From assembly GCA_041946805.1 (NCBI GenBank), contig JBHGBC010000018.1, positions 1 through 54,780 on the forward strand: 54,780 nucleotides of DNA, written 5' to 3'. Below the pieces are notes generated by a model. That model saw nothing but the letters and a program-made list of their open reading frames with translations. It made no database searches and was not told where the DNA came from. Position numbers and translations under genes: made by a program. Origin of the DNA: a bacterium. Lineage in GTDB: Bacteria; Hinthialibacterota; Hinthialibacteria; Hinthialibacterales; Hinthialibacteraceae. Shown here piece after piece: positions 40,327 through 50,746 of the stretch (the stretch's first letter is position 1; each line of letters begins with the position of its first letter).

Positions 40327-41763
40327 ATGGGTAAGATCACGGGTTTCTTGGAAATCCAACGCCAAACCCCCGCCGACGCGCCGGTGAAGGAGCGGCTCCA
40401 GCATTACCGGGAATTTCACGGCCACCTCGAGCCGGACGCGCTCCGCCAACAGGGCGCCCGGTGCATGGACTGCGGCGTGCCCACCTGCCACTGGGGCTGC
40501 CCGCTGGGCAACCTCATTCCCGACTGGAACGACCTGGTCTACCGGAACCGCTGGCCAGAAGCCATCGACCGCCTGCATAAAACCAACAATTTCCCTGAAT
40601 TCACCGGGCGCGTGTGCCCCGCCCCCTGCGAGGCCGCCTGCGTGCTATCCATCAACGACGACGCGGTCACCATCAAGGAAATCGAACGCGCGATCATCGA
40701 GACCGCTTTCGAACACGGCTGGATCAAGCCTCAGCCGCCCCGGCGCGAAACCGGGAAACGGGTGGCGGTGGTGGGATCCGGCCCCGCGGGTCTCGCCGCG
40801 GCGCAACAGTTACGGCGGGCCGGCCATGATGTCATTTTGTTCGAAAAATCCGACCGGATCGGGGGCTTGCTGCGCTACGGCATCCCCGATTTCAAACTGG
40901 AAAAGCGGATCCTCGACCGCCGCCTCGGGCAAATGGCGGCCGAGGGCGTCAAATTCGCCCCCCGCGTGCATGTGGGCGTGGATATCTCCGCCCGGGACTT
41001 GCGCAAGAATTTCGACGCGGTGTGTCTCGCGGGCGGGGCCATGCAGCCCCGGGATCTGCCGATCGACGGCCACGAGCTGCGGGGCATCCATTTCGCGATG
41101 GAGTTTCTCTCCCTCAACAACAAACGGACCGCCGGCGACTACATCCCGGATAGTGAATTCATCTCCGCCCGGGACAAAAACGTGGTGATCATCGGCGGCG
41201 GCGACACGGGCGCGGACTGCCTGGGCACCTCGCTGCGCCAGGGCGCCCGCCAGGTCCGGCAATTCGAGATTCTGCCCAAGCCCCCGCTCGAACGCACCGA
41301 AACCATGCCCTGGCCCTATTGGCCCTTTATCCTGCGCAATTCCACCTCCCACGAGGAAGGCGGCACGCGCGACTGGTGCGTCAGCACGAAGCGGTTCACG
41401 GGTGGGAACGGGCAGGTTCAAAAATTGCACGCCGTGCGCATCGCGTTTGAAACCACGCCGGACGGGAAACGTGTCATGAACGAAATCCCCGGTTCCGAAT
41501 TTGAGATTGACGCCGACCTGGTGATTCTCGCGATGGGTTTCACCGGCCCGGTAAAAACCGGCCTGCTCGAGGGACTCGGCATTGAATATTCGGAGCGGGG
41601 CAGCGTCAAAATCGATGAGAACAGCATGACCAACCTCCCCGGCGTCTTCGCCGCCGGCGACATGAGCCGCGGGGCGTCCCTGGTGGTGTGGGCCATCTGG
41701 GATGGACGGCAGGCGGCCAAGGGGATTGACCGTTATTTAATGGGAAATACGCATCTAACCTGA
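40327..41763 (+). CDS. gltD: Glutamate synthase small subunit
   Basis: [53 protein letters not shown]. Confidence 0.99.
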   Translation: MGKITGFLEIQRQTPADAPVKERLQHYREFHGHLEPDALRQQGARCMDCGVPTCHWGCPLGNLIPDWNDLVYRNRWPEAIDRLHKTNNFPEFTGRVCPAPCEAACVLSINDDAVTIKEIERAIIETAFEHGWIKPQPPRRETGKRVAVVGSGPAGLAAAQQLRRAGHDVILFEKSDRIGGLLRYGIPDFKLEKRILDRRLGQMAAEGVKFAPRVHVGVDISARDLRKNFDAVCLAGGAMQPRDLPIDGHELRGIHFAMEFLSLNNKRTAGDYIPDSEFISARDKNVVIIGGGDTGADCLGTSLRQGARQVRQFEILPKPPLERTETMPWPYWPFILRNSTSHEEGGTRDWCVSTKRFTGGNGQVQKLHAVRIAFETTPDGKRVMNEIPGSEFEIDADLVILAMGFTGPVKTGLLEGLGIEYSERGSVKIDENSMTNLPGVFAAGDMSRGASLVVWAIWDGRQAAKGIDRYLMGNTHLT

Positions 41764-41792
41764 CTTGACTCCATGTTTTGACAGCCCATCAG

Positions 41793-41823
41793 ACCCCCTG
41801 AATCGCCTATTCGGGGGGTTTTT
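41793..41823 (+). terminator. Rho-independent terminator after gltD
   Basis: ACCCCCTGAAT-CGCCT-ATTCGGGGGGT followed by a T run. Confidence 0.85.
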
Positions 41824-41869
41824 ATCTCGAATGACACCCTGCCGCAGAGCGGATTCTGAGAAATTCAGA

Positions 41870-42011
41870 CCATTTTTGTAATCATTTTGACCACTTGGGT
41901 GTGTCAAAAGTGGCTACGAGTCGTCAAAAATGGAAAAGTAGACTAAATTACTAAAGTAAGTGGGGCAGTGAAAAATGGACAGGAAACCAGTCCATCGTTT
42001 CAAAATGATAC
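41870..42011. promoter_or_regulatory. Cluster of GTCAAAA(A)TG-type imperfect palindromes, candidate enhancer-binding-protein UAS
   Basis: Copies at 41870(-), 41882(-), 41903, 41923, 41968 and 41999, lying 90-230 bp upstream of a sigma54 motif. Confidence 0.6.
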
Positions 42012-42097
42012 ACTCGCGTGGGGTTTTCGTGTAAACAGATACGACAGCGAAGTCAACTTTAATTACAACCGTATGGAATTCCTTGATTTACTGATTG

Positions 42098-42112
42098 TGG
42101 TATGAAGATTGC
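42098..42112 (+). promoter_or_regulatory. sigma54 (RpoN) -24/-12 promoter TGGTATG-AAGA-TTGC
   Basis: Exact GG-N10-GC spacing and close match to TGGCACG-N4-TTGC; IHF-like AATCAAGGAATTC on the minus strand at 42076-42088. Confidence 0.75.
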
Positions 42113-42172
42113 GAAAAGATAGCATTACCGATGTCCCCATCGCGAATAAACCAGTTCACAAGGTGAAGAATC

Positions 42173-43645
42173 ATGTACACACCTCATATCGACGAATTAG
42201 AGAATCATGTCAGCGCCGTGGATGTCGGCCTGGAAGGGGACACCGAAGAGCTGGAAACCACTATCGCCGAGCCTCTCTTCATGGATTCGGACGATTATAT
42301 GAGCGAAAAAGAACCCAAATCGAAACGCCAGCGCGCCTCGCGCACGCAGGGCAGCAGCGCCAATCCCGTGAAGGAATATCTGCGGGAGATTGGGCACTAC
42401 TCGCTGTTGACCCGTGAAGAAGAGGTTTCGATCTACGAGAAGTTGGAAAAAGGCCGGAACTTCGTGATCGAGGGCCTTTCCACCTCCCGGGTCGCGCTCA
42501 AGGAATTGGAAGCCCTGGTGGATGATCTTTCGGCCGGACGGCGCACGGCCCATACCACGTTCCGCAGTCCCGATGCGGGCAAGACCCGCCGCAAAACCGA
42601 ACTGGCCAAGGCCGTCGACGAAATGAAACGGAAAATCCGGCAGTTGCGGGCGGGCTTCCGGGAGGAAGACGCGGGTGAGTTATCTCCCCGCCAGTTGGCC
42701 AACCGGTACAAGAAGTGGGCCGCCATTTTCGAGTCCATGGATCTGGACATCAATGTCCTGTGGAAGATCTCCAAGCGGCTGCGCAACGCCTTCGAGCAGA
42801 TCCGCAAACTGCACGCGGCCGGCCAGAAGATTAGCAAAAGCGAAATCCTGGAAATTCTGGGGGATACGCCCCAACGCATCATCCAGAGTTATCGGAGCGC
42901 CCGGCAAGGCCTGCGCCTGATCCGGGACGCGCGCCAGGAAATGATCCGCGGCAACCTCCGCCTGGTGGTTTCGGTGGCCAAGCGCTACAAGCACTGCGGC
43001 GTGCCCATGCTGGACCTGATCCAGGAAGGCAACCTGGGCCTCACCCGCGCGGTCGACAAGTTCGACTACCAGCGCGGCACCAAGTTCAGCACCTACGCCG
43101 TGTGGTGGATCCGCCAGAGCATCTCCCGCGCGGTCAAGCAGCAACGGCGCACCATCCGCCTCCCGACCGGCGTCACCGACGAGATCGCCCTGGTGGACCG
43201 CGCTAACACCAAACTCACCCAGGAACTGGGCCATGAGCCTTCGATCACCGAACTGGCCGATCATTTGGGCATGGAAGAAGACCGGATCACCGATCTTCTG
43301 GGCTGGCAGCAGGATCCGCTCTCCCTGGAGACGCCCATCCGCGACGACCGGGAGACCACCATCGGCGAGATGATCAAGGATTCGCAGGCCGTCGATCCCG
43401 AACTGAAACTCACCCGCCGGGTGTTGAATCAACGGATCGAGGAAGTGCTGGGCCAGCTGTCCGAGCGCGAGGAGACCATCCTGCGCCTCCGCTACGGATT
43501 GTCCGACGGCAAGGTGTGGAAGTTGGGCGATATCGGCAAGCGCTTCGGCATCACGCGGGAACGCGTCCGCCAGATCGAACAGCGGGCCATCCGCAAACTG
43601 CGCCATCCGCTCCGCGCCCGGGAGATCCGCGACTTTTTGAACTAA
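42173..43645 (+). CDS. RpoD/RpoS-family sigma-70 factor (divergent, group-2-like)
   Basis: Region 1.2 [11 protein letters not shown], a non-conserved region, [43 protein letters not shown]; no recognisable region 1.1. Confidence 0.93.
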   Translation: MYTPHIDELENHVSAVDVGLEGDTEELETTIAEPLFMDSDDYMSEKEPKSKRQRASRTQGSSANPVKEYLREIGHYSLLTREEEVSIYEKLEKGRNFVIEGLSTSRVALKELEALVDDLSAGRRTAHTTFRSPDAGKTRRKTELAKAVDEMKRKIRQLRAGFREEDAGELSPRQLANRYKKWAAIFESMDLDINVLWKISKRLRNAFEQIRKLHAAGQKISKSEILEILGDTPQRIIQSYRSARQGLRLIRDARQEMIRGNLRLVVSVAKRYKHCGVPMLDLIQEGNLGLTRAVDKFDYQRGTKFSTYAVWWIRQSISRAVKQQRRTIRLPTGVTDEIALVDRANTKLTQELGHEPSITELADHLGMEEDRITDLLGWQQDPLSLETPIRDDRETTIGEMIKDSQAVDPELKLTRRVLNQRIEEVLGQLSEREETILRLRYGLSDGKVWKLGDIGKRFGITRERVRQIEQRAIRKLRHPLRAREIRDFLN

Positions 43646-43670
43646 CCGGTCACCCATCCGTTCACCCGAT

Positions 43671-43707
43671 ACCGAGGCCTTCCCAATGGAAGGCCTCGGT
43701 TGTTTTT
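43671..43707 (+). terminator. Rho-independent terminator after the sigma factor gene
   Basis: ACCGAGGCCTTCC-CAAT-GGAAGGCCTCGGT (perfect 13-bp stem) followed by TGTTTTT. Confidence 0.92.
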
Positions 43708-43960
43708 GGGGAAGCGCGGATTGAACAGGAACGCCAGGGATTGTACCCCTGGCAAAAACAGAAAGCGCCCCTACGGGGCTGTTATCTCTCGCCCCCGGCA
43801 CCATTTCCATGAGGGGGAGAAGGGAGAGTTGCCCAAAAACCGTTCCGTTTAATATCCACCCTCCTCCAGGCATTGTCTGCCCGGCGGGATTGTGCCTAAA
43901 TAACCTTTTATGCCTTTTCATCCTCGCGCCGCCCGAAATCCGCCGGAAGGATACCCCCGA

Positions 43961-44422
43961 ATGGAACCGGAACCGAAGTTTTCCCATATCGACGAACAGG
44001 GCCGCGCCACCATGGTGGATGTGGGAGCCAAGCCGGTTTCCGCCCGCGAAGCCCGGGCGGAAGGTTACATCCTTCTACGCCCGGAGACCGTGGCGGCCAT
44101 CCGGGGCGGTACCGTCCCCAAGGGAGATGTCCTGGCGGCCGCCCGGGTGGCGGCGATTCTGGCCGCCAAGCGCACCGGGGAATGGATCCCCCTATGCCAT
44201 ACGCTGCCCCTGGACACGGTGGCGGTCGAATTTACGCTAGGGGAAGACCGGATCCGCATCGAGGCGTCCGCGAAATGCACGGCCAAGACCGGCGTGGAGA
44301 TGGAAGCCTTGACCGCCGTCTCGGCCGCCGCCTTAACCCTTTACGACATGTGCAAGGCGGTGGACCAGACCATGCGGATCGACGGCATTCGCCTGTTGCG
44401 CAAGGACAAACAACCCATTTGA
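43961..44422 (+). CDS. moaC: Cyclic pyranopterin monophosphate synthase
   Basis: FSHID...[39 protein letters not shown]. Confidence 0.97.
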   Translation: MEPEPKFSHIDEQGRATMVDVGAKPVSAREARAEGYILLRPETVAAIRGGTVPKGDVLAAARVAAILAAKRTGEWIPLCHTLPLDTVAVEFTLGEDRIRIEASAKCTAKTGVEMEALTAVSAAALTLYDMCKAVDQTMRIDGIRLLRKDKQPI

Positions 44423-44464
44423 ACCGGACGAAACCGGGAACACAACCCGTGGAGGAATTTCACC

Positions 44465-45769
44465 GTGTTGGATATCAAGCTGATTCGTGAAAAGAAGGAG
44501 TGGGTGGAAGAGCAGCTGCGGCGGCGCGAACCGGGTCTCTCGCTCGACGCGATCGTCACAATCGACACCCGCCGCCGGACGCTGCAGGCCGAGACCGATC
44601 AAATGAAGGCCCGCCAGAACGCGGTCAGCAAGGAGATCGCCCAACTCAAGAAGACCGGGCAGTCCGCCGAGGCCCTCAGGCAGGAAATGAAGACCCTGTC
44701 GGAGGAAATCAAGGCCAAGACCCAAGAACTGCGGGAATGCGAAGAAACCTTGGCGTACAAAGTCTCCGAACTGCCCAACCTTCCCCATGCCTCGGTGCCC
44801 ACGGATCTCGACAAGAAGCACAACCAGGTGTACCGGACCCACGGCCAAAAACGGGAATTTCATTTCCAGCCCAAGAACCACCTGGAGTTGGCGAAACTCC
44901 ACAACCTGCTGGACTTCGAGCGCGGGGCGAAGATCGCCGGCTCGCAGTTCCCCCTCTACATCGGCTGGGGAGCGGAACTGGAATGGGCGCTGCTCAACTT
45001 CATGCGCGAACACAACCGCCAACGCGGCTATGTCTCGGTGATCCCCCCGCTGCTGCTCAACCGCGAAACCACCTTCGCCTCAGGCAATCTCCCCAAATTC
45101 GAGGAGCAGCTCTACAAGTGCAAGGACGATCCGTTTTACCTGCTCCCCACCAGCGAAGTGCCCATGACCAGCCTCTACCGGGATGAAATCCTGGAGGAAG
45201 AAAACTTGCCTCTGTTCTTCACCAGCCTCACGCCCTGCTTCCGCCGCGAGGCCGGGACCTATGGGGCCGAGGAACGGGGCCTGGTGCGTGTCCACCAATT
45301 CAACAAGGTGGAAATCTACAAATTCACCACGCCGGAAACGTCGTACGATGAGTTAGAAAAACTGGTGCGTGATTCCGAGCATATCGTCGAGGAACTGGGA
45401 CTGCACTACCGCACCATGCTGCTGGTTACCGGCGACATCGGCAACCAGTCGGCCAAGACGTATGACATCGAAGTCTGGCTGCCCGGCCAAAACGCGTATT
45501 ACGAAGTTTCGTCCTGCAGCAATTGTGAGGACTACCAGGCCCGGCGCGGCAACATCCGCTACCGTCCCCGGGACGGCGGCAAGCCCCGCTTCGTCCATAC
45601 CCTTAACGGTTCAGCCCTGGCCACCCCGCGCCTCTTGATCTCCATCCTCGAAAACAACCAACAGGAAGACGGCAGCATCCTCATCCCCGAAGTCCTGCGC
45701 AAATACCTGGGCGGCAAGGACCGGCTGGCGCTGGGGGACACTACCTTTGCCCTCCGTCCGGTCCGCTGA
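44465..45769 (+). CDS. serS: Serine--tRNA ligase
   Basis: MLDIKLIR, N-terminal coiled coil, LPNLP, PTSEVP, CFRREAG, RVHQFNKVE, EVSSCSNC, HTLNGSALA; SD GGAGG before GTG. Confidence 0.99.
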   Translation: MLDIKLIREKKEWVEEQLRRREPGLSLDAIVTIDTRRRTLQAETDQMKARQNAVSKEIAQLKKTGQSAEALRQEMKTLSEEIKAKTQELRECEETLAYKVSELPNLPHASVPTDLDKKHNQVYRTHGQKREFHFQPKNHLELAKLHNLLDFERGAKIAGSQFPLYIGWGAELEWALLNFMREHNRQRGYVSVIPPLLLNRETTFASGNLPKFEEQLYKCKDDPFYLLPTSEVPMTSLYRDEILEEENLPLFFTSLTPCFRREAGTYGAEERGLVRVHQFNKVEIYKFTTPETSYDELEKLVRDSEHIVEELGLHYRTMLLVTGDIGNQSAKTYDIEVWLPGQNAYYEVSSCSNCEDYQARRGNIRYRPRDGGKPRFVHTLNGSALATPRLLISILENNQQEDGSILIPEVLRKYLGGKDRLALGDTTFALRPVR

Positions 45770-45903
45770 AAAACCGGCGCCGCCCACACCGCCAGTCTAC
45801 GGATATATAAATAAAAGCCGGCGTGACCTGTTGTATAGACAAGCATCTTTATGTACAATCCAGATGTAACATGATTTTACGTTGATGTGGGGACCAGGGG
45901 ACC

Positions 45904-46371
45904 ATGGAACATCTTTCCATCATCCGCAAGGTGACCGGAATCATCGGCAACTCGCCTTTGATTGATCTTATCAGGCCTCGGGAAGTGCACGAAATCCAAC
46001 CGGAAGGGCCTCCTCCCACCTTGTTGGAATTCGCTCATCAACACAGCCTGTGCCTGGAAATCCGCAAGGACGGCACCGGCCGGTATCACGTCGGTTTCAG
46101 TGATTCACCCATTTTTTACCGGGTTCAGAAATCCGGCCAGGATCCCGTGGGTGTACCGCGCCGTTTGTATCCCCGGTCGTCCTCGAATCCCCTGACGGCG
46201 GCCCGGAAACTCTGCGATAAAATCCGGGGAAAGAAACTGATTCTGGATTACGAATATGGCATCCCCGTCACGGATCAATACGTCAAGAAAACGGTTCAGG
46301 TCCACAAGGACATCTACGTGGACGAGGACGAATTCGCGGCGTATCTGCAGGATTTCTCCGGCGTGTTGTGA
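45904..46371 (+). CDS. Hypothetical protein
   Basis: 155-aa ORF with SD-like AGGGG and AT-rich upstream region; no family recognised. Confidence 0.65.
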   Translation: MEHLSIIRKVTGIIGNSPLIDLIRPREVHEIQPEGPPPTLLEFAHQHSLCLEIRKDGTGRYHVGFSDSPIFYRVQKSGQDPVGVPRRLYPRSSSNPLTAARKLCDKIRGKKLILDYEYGIPVTDQYVKKTVQVHKDIYVDEDEFAAYLQDFSGVL

Positions 46372-46482
46372 TCCCTCCAGGCGGCCGGATTCCACACGGC
46401 TTAGTACGATTAGTCCTTATACAAAAACGCGGGAGCGGTAAGCCGCCCCCGCGCAATGCTTTTTCCCGATCACCGGGGCTGT

Positions 46483-48138
46483 TCAATACACGGTGATTTT
46501 CACCTTGCCCTCGAGATCCTTGGCTTCGCCCTTGGCTTTGGGGAGGTCTTTGAAGGGGACGCGCAAGATCATCGTGGAAACCGGTTTCGCCACATTGGAG
46601 CCGGGACTAATCGTGACCAACTGGGTTACATCCCCATTATCCTCGCCTTTCGCGACTTTGAGGATGACGCCTGCGTCTGGTTTCTCTTTCTCCTTTTCTA
46701 TCTCCGCCTTGATGCGGTCACGAATAATGGGCAGGGTAAAATCCTTCAGTTTTTTGAAATCGGATAATTCTGCCTGGAGATCTTTGAGTTGAGCCTTGGC
46801 CTCATCCATGGCCCGCTCATCCGTTTCGTTGCCCATGATTTGCTTGAAGACACGGGCTTGTTCGCGGATGGTATCGATTCTGGATTGCATTCCTTCCTGG
46901 CTTTGGCGTTGTTGCTCCTCCAATTTGTTCCTTTCTTGTTGGAGTTCCTGTTCGCGTCTCAGATTATCGAATTCCTGCCGCGCCCGGGTTAACTGATTTT
47001 CCGCTTCATGCAGGGTTTTTTCCGCTTCCAAGAGGGCTTTCTGGCTCTCCAAGGCCTGGTTTTGGACATCATCCAATTCGGCTTGTGAAGCCCGGCCGGT
47101 CTGGACCAACTGTTCAGTCCGCTTCACCCGGTCGTGGGCCAATTCCATTTGTTTTTTGACCAAGTCGAGGTATTGCTGACGGTTTTGCAGCTGGTCTTCC
47201 CATTCCTTCAAGGACAATTGCACGCTTTCCATCCGAGCCTTGAAATCCGTATCTCCCTCCTCGGCGCGCCGTTCAATCATTTTGTTGAAACGGGGCAGGA
47301 CCTCGACGCCCAAATCCGGGGAGGAAGAGCTATCCACGATCACCGTGACGGTTCCCTCACCCGGAATCCCCTGCAACCGGTGACCGTATTGCGCCAGGGC
47401 GGTCAACAGGGCATTTTTCAAATTTTCCACTTTTTCCGGATTGTAATTATCCCGGCCGCGGTACAAGGACACGCCGGAAAAGGGATCGATAAGTATTTCG
47501 CGCCGGTCCACTGTTTCCCCGAAAAACTGCACGGAAGCGCGCGGCTCCCCGCTCAGTTTTTCCTCGTATTGATCCCACAGGTCCTTATCGCCTTCCTCGC
47601 GTTTGACTTCCTCCGCGGCTTTCGAGTCCTGGAGAGGAAACTTGACTTCCAGCAGAAAAACGGCGCCGTCCTCGGGGATCCAGTATCCCCGGCAGCCGGA
47701 AGACAACACACCCTTGGACCGGTAATCATCGCCCAGTTTTTCGCTGAGCATATGGTCCAGCACATTGGCCATGATGGCGATGGAGCGGCGCGGGGCGTCC
47801 GCCGGGCTGAAGGCCGTTTCCTGGACATCGCCCTTCTCATCCCCGATCTTGAGAGTGGTTTCTCCACCGGCAGAAGGTTGCATTTGCACCATGACCGGGG
47901 AATTGGAAACTCCGGTTTGAATCGTTACCGTCTGGCCGCTGGCGGGGGGGGACGATGGCGGGGCTGTTGGAGTCTCAACCGTCTCCGGCGCCGCGGGAAC
48001 GGCAATGGGATCAGGCTGCTCCGCCGGAGTCACGTTCTCGACAGATGGTGTTTCCTGTCCCGGAAGCGGGGCGGAACCGGTCGTGATCCCGATAAAACCA
48101 ACGATAAGCCATAGACAAACCGAGCGATTCCTGAACAT
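46483..48138 (-). CDS. Secreted hypothetical protein with long coiled coil
   Basis: Signal peptide, Pro/Thr-rich linker, globular region, then ~170 aa of E/Q/K/R/L heptads; SD AAAGGAG. Confidence 0.8.
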   Translation of the reverse strand: MFRNRSVCLWLIVGFIGITTGSAPLPGQETPSVENVTPAEQPDPIAVPAAPETVETPTAPPSSPPASGQTVTIQTGVSNSPVMVQMQPSAGGETTLKIGDEKGDVQETAFSPADAPRRSIAIMANVLDHMLSEKLGDDYRSKGVLSSGCRGYWIPEDGAVFLLEVKFPLQDSKAAEEVKREEGDKDLWDQYEEKLSGEPRASVQFFGETVDRREILIDPFSGVSLYRGRDNYNPEKVENLKNALLTALAQYGHRLQGIPGEGTVTVIVDSSSSPDLGVEVLPRFNKMIERRAEEGDTDFKARMESVQLSLKEWEDQLQNRQQYLDLVKKQMELAHDRVKRTEQLVQTGRASQAELDDVQNQALESQKALLEAEKTLHEAENQLTRARQEFDNLRREQELQQERNKLEEQQRQSQEGMQSRIDTIREQARVFKQIMGNETDERAMDEAKAQLKDLQAELSDFKKLKDFTLPIIRDRIKAEIEKEKEKPDAGVILKVAKGEDNGDVTQLVTISPGSNVAKPVSTMILRVPFKDLPKAKGEAKDLEGKVKITVY

Positions 48139-48282
48139 GATTGCATCTCCTTTTCAGGTTGGTTTAGGTACGTCACGAAAATCCCGCGGGAATATGAGGT
48201 TCGTTTTGGATTTTTATTTTGTGATATTTAAGATCCATCCGGTACATGATCCGGGCGGACGCCGAGGTCCACCCCGGCCGAT

Positions 48283-48460
48283 TTCCTTCACTCCGGGCCT
48301 CTCCCCAACGCCGGGGGAGGACTGGCGCCGGGGAGCCGCCTGCACGGCAAGGCGCTTCCCTCCCCCTGCCCCTCTTCCAGAGGGGGAGGGGAATCATCCC
48401 ATTGGCCTCTTCTTTCCCAGGGCGTTGCCCTGGGCTGGTTTCTTGCATGCCGTTGGCGCT
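48283..48460 (+). repeat. Degenerate family A copy plus composite A+B module
   Basis: CTTCCCTCCCCCTGCCCCTCTTCCAGAGGGGGAGGGGAA...CCCAGGGCGTTGCCCTGGGCT...GCCGTTGGCGCT. Confidence 0.8.
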
Positions 48461-48491
48461 TAAAAAACAGGAATGCCCACCACTAAATATT

Positions 48492-49142
48492 TTATCGATT
48501 ATTGACAGCGGTTTGCATCACCGGGTACACCGCGCGCAGGCGTTCGTCGATGCCGTTGACCAACTCCGCCGCCACCCGGTTCATCCGGTGTTCGTTCAAT
48601 TCTTGCGCGGTGGTTTGAATGGCGAACAACTGCCGCATGGAATTCTCCAAGGCTTCCTGGCGGTTGGAGGTCAGCTGGGTAGCGGTTTGCAGGTCATCCA
48701 GGGTGTGAACCACCCCTTCCACCACCGGCATATATACCGCAGCGAGTTCCAGGCGCACCAGGTCGCGGACCGCCGCGGTATCCGGCGGGCGGTTGGATAC
48801 GGGACCCAGAGCCAAGCGGGCGTCGCCCACCTGGATCAGCACACCCTGAGAAACGCAGAAGAGCATCAGGGCCACGCAGGCGGCGGCCAGGCTGGAGACG
48901 GTGAGCCGCCGTTTCCGCGATCCCGCGCGCTGAACCACGCCGGCGGCGCTGAGGGGCGGGACGAGATGCTCCGGCAGCGGCTGGAGATGATCGAGCACCC
49001 GCGCCGTTTTGCGCAACGCCTCATACTCCGCCCGGTCTTCCGGATGATCATTGAACCACGCATCCAGGCGGCGGCGCTCCTCCTCCGAGATTTCGCCATA
49101 GATCAACGAGGCGATCAGTTGTTCGCGTTCATCGGGTTTCAT
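48492..49142 (-). CDS. Putative transmembrane anti-sigma factor
   Basis: LIASLIYGEISEEERRRLDAWFNDHPEDRAEYEAL anti-sigma-like N-domain, one TM helix, overlaps the ECF sigma stop. Confidence 0.8.
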   Translation of the reverse strand: MKPDEREQLIASLIYGEISEEERRRLDAWFNDHPEDRAEYEALRKTARVLDHLQPLPEHLVPPLSAAGVVQRAGSRKRRLTVSSLAAACVALMLFCVSQGVLIQVGDARLALGPVSNRPPDTAAVRDLVRLELAAVYMPVVEGVVHTLDDLQTATQLTSNRQEALENSMRQLFAIQTTAQELNEHRMNRVAAELVNGIDERLRAVYPVMQTAVNNR

Positions 49143-49753
49143 AACTCAACCTCCGCCAAGGGCCAGCTGCCGGAGAGGCAATCCACCTCGGCGACGCCCA
49201 GCCCTTTCAGTTCCTTGCGCAGGGTTTGCAGCGCGCGGTATACACGGGTTTTGACCGTGCTTTCCGGCGCCTGGATTAATTCCGCGATATCCTTGAACGG
49301 CAGATTCTCGAAATGCCGCAGGATCAAAACCATCCGCTCCTCTGGAGGCAGACGCAGCAAAGCGGCATGAAGCCGGCTCTGGATTTCCCGCACCGCGGCT
49401 CCCCGGCGGACATCGCCGTTGAGCGATAAACGCCAGGAGATCCATTCATTGTCCAGGCTTTCGGATAGCGGTTCCAACGGCGGCCGTTTTTTCCGCGCCC
49501 ATTTGTCGATGATCAGGTTGGTGGCGATCTTGTAAAGCCATGCCTGGAAATTGCCGCCGGGCCGGAACGATTTACGCTGCTGGTAGATTTTCAAAAACAG
49601 TTCCTGCCGCAGATCCTCGGCTTCGTCCCGGCATCCCACGCAGCGGTAGATATATTGCAGGATCCGTTTGTCCCACCGGCGGATGAGCAATTCAAACGCC
49701 GGCAGCGAATCCTGGCCGCATTGGGAGATCAACTGCTCATCGGTCAAAAGCAT
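49139..49753 (-). CDS. ECF RNA polymerase sigma factor
   Basis: AFELLIRRW, AEDLRQELFLK, FQAWLYKIATN, LPPEER, FKDIAE, STVKTRVYRA. Confidence 0.95.
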   Translation of the reverse strand: MLLTDEQLISQCGQDSLPAFELLIRRWDKRILQYIYRCVGCRDEAEDLRQELFLKIYQQRKSFRPGGNFQAWLYKIATNLIIDKWARKKRPPLEPLSESLDNEWISWRLSLNGDVRRGAAVREIQSRLHAALLRLPPEERMVLILRHFENLPFKDIAELIQAPESTVKTRVYRALQTLRKELKGLGVAEVDCLSGSWPLAEVEL

Positions 49754-49892
49754 GGGCGACCCTCGCGCAAGACATCGTATCATTCTTTAATACGAATCCG
49801 CGGCCGGAAAAGTCGGCGGCGATTTGATTTTTCCCGGCGGGATTTTAAGATGGAGCGATAATGAATCATGAGGATCGGCGTGTCTGTGACCC

Positions 49893-50045
49893 TCCCAGGG
49901 CTGAAGCCCTGGGCTAGTTTAAAAAATTTCGGTAAGTTCAGCCTTTTCTGGGTGGTAGCGCTGGCAGGATGCCTGCATCACAAAGGGTTTTCCCACACCC
50001 GGACTCTCTCCCTCACCCGAATCCTCTCCCAGAGGGAGAGGGGAA
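49893..50045 (+). repeat. Composite module B + GGCAGGATGCCTGCA hairpin + A (left copy)
   Basis: Colinear direct repeat of 50747-50896. Confidence 0.85.
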
Positions 50046-50126
50046 TGATGTGTTGTGTTGGGAAGAATCGAAGGGAATCCGCTTCGCGGATGAATTATAA
50101 AAAACAGTAAGGAAATCCGCATTCCC

Positions 50127-50699
50127 ATGCAAATTCAAAATCCCAAAAACCTGCCCTTGCCTCCCAGCCTATACGGCGGCGGCCTGGTGCTTCCGTACCT
50201 GGAGCACGCACCGGTCATCGGGGAGGATGTCTTCCTTGCCCCCCATGCGGCGGTCATCGGGCAGGTCACGCTGGGCGGCCGGGTCAGTATCTGGTTCGGT
50301 GCGGTGCTGCGGGGAGATATCGCCCCGGTGACAGTGGGCGAAGGCACGAACATCCAGGACAACAGCGTCCTGCATGTGGGCGGCGGCGCACCCTGCGTGG
50401 CCGGCCGTCACGTGGTGGTGGGCCATCATGCGGTGCTGCACGGCTGCACGGTGGAAGACGGTTGCGTGATCGGCATGGGGGCCATCGTGCTGGACCGGGC
50501 GGTGATCGGGCAAGGCTCGGTGATCGGCGCGGGGAGTTTGATCACCCAGGGGACCGTGATTCCCCCGTACAGCCTGGTGCTCGGCTCGCCGGGCCAAGTG
50601 GCGCGGGAACTGACCGAAGAAGAGATAAAACAGAACGCGCAATACGCCCCGAAGTACATCAAGGTGGCGGTGAATTACGGCGTGACGCTGGGGGAATGA
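50127..50699 (+). CDS. Gamma carbonic anhydrase family protein
   Basis: IWFGAVLRGD, NIQDNSVLH, VGHHAVLHGC (three His ligands), hexapeptide repeats, GSPG. Confidence 0.93.
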   Translation: MQIQNPKNLPLPPSLYGGGLVLPYLEHAPVIGEDVFLAPHAAVIGQVTLGGRVSIWFGAVLRGDIAPVTVGEGTNIQDNSVLHVGGGAPCVAGRHVVVGHHAVLHGCTVEDGCVIGMGAIVLDRAVIGQGSVIGAGSLITQGTVIPPYSLVLGSPGQVARELTEEEIKQNAQYAPKYIKVAVNYGVTLGE

Positions 50700-50746
50700 C
50701 ACTGGGGATTTCGGGAAGAACTCCCCGGATAGAAAAAGACAGATTT

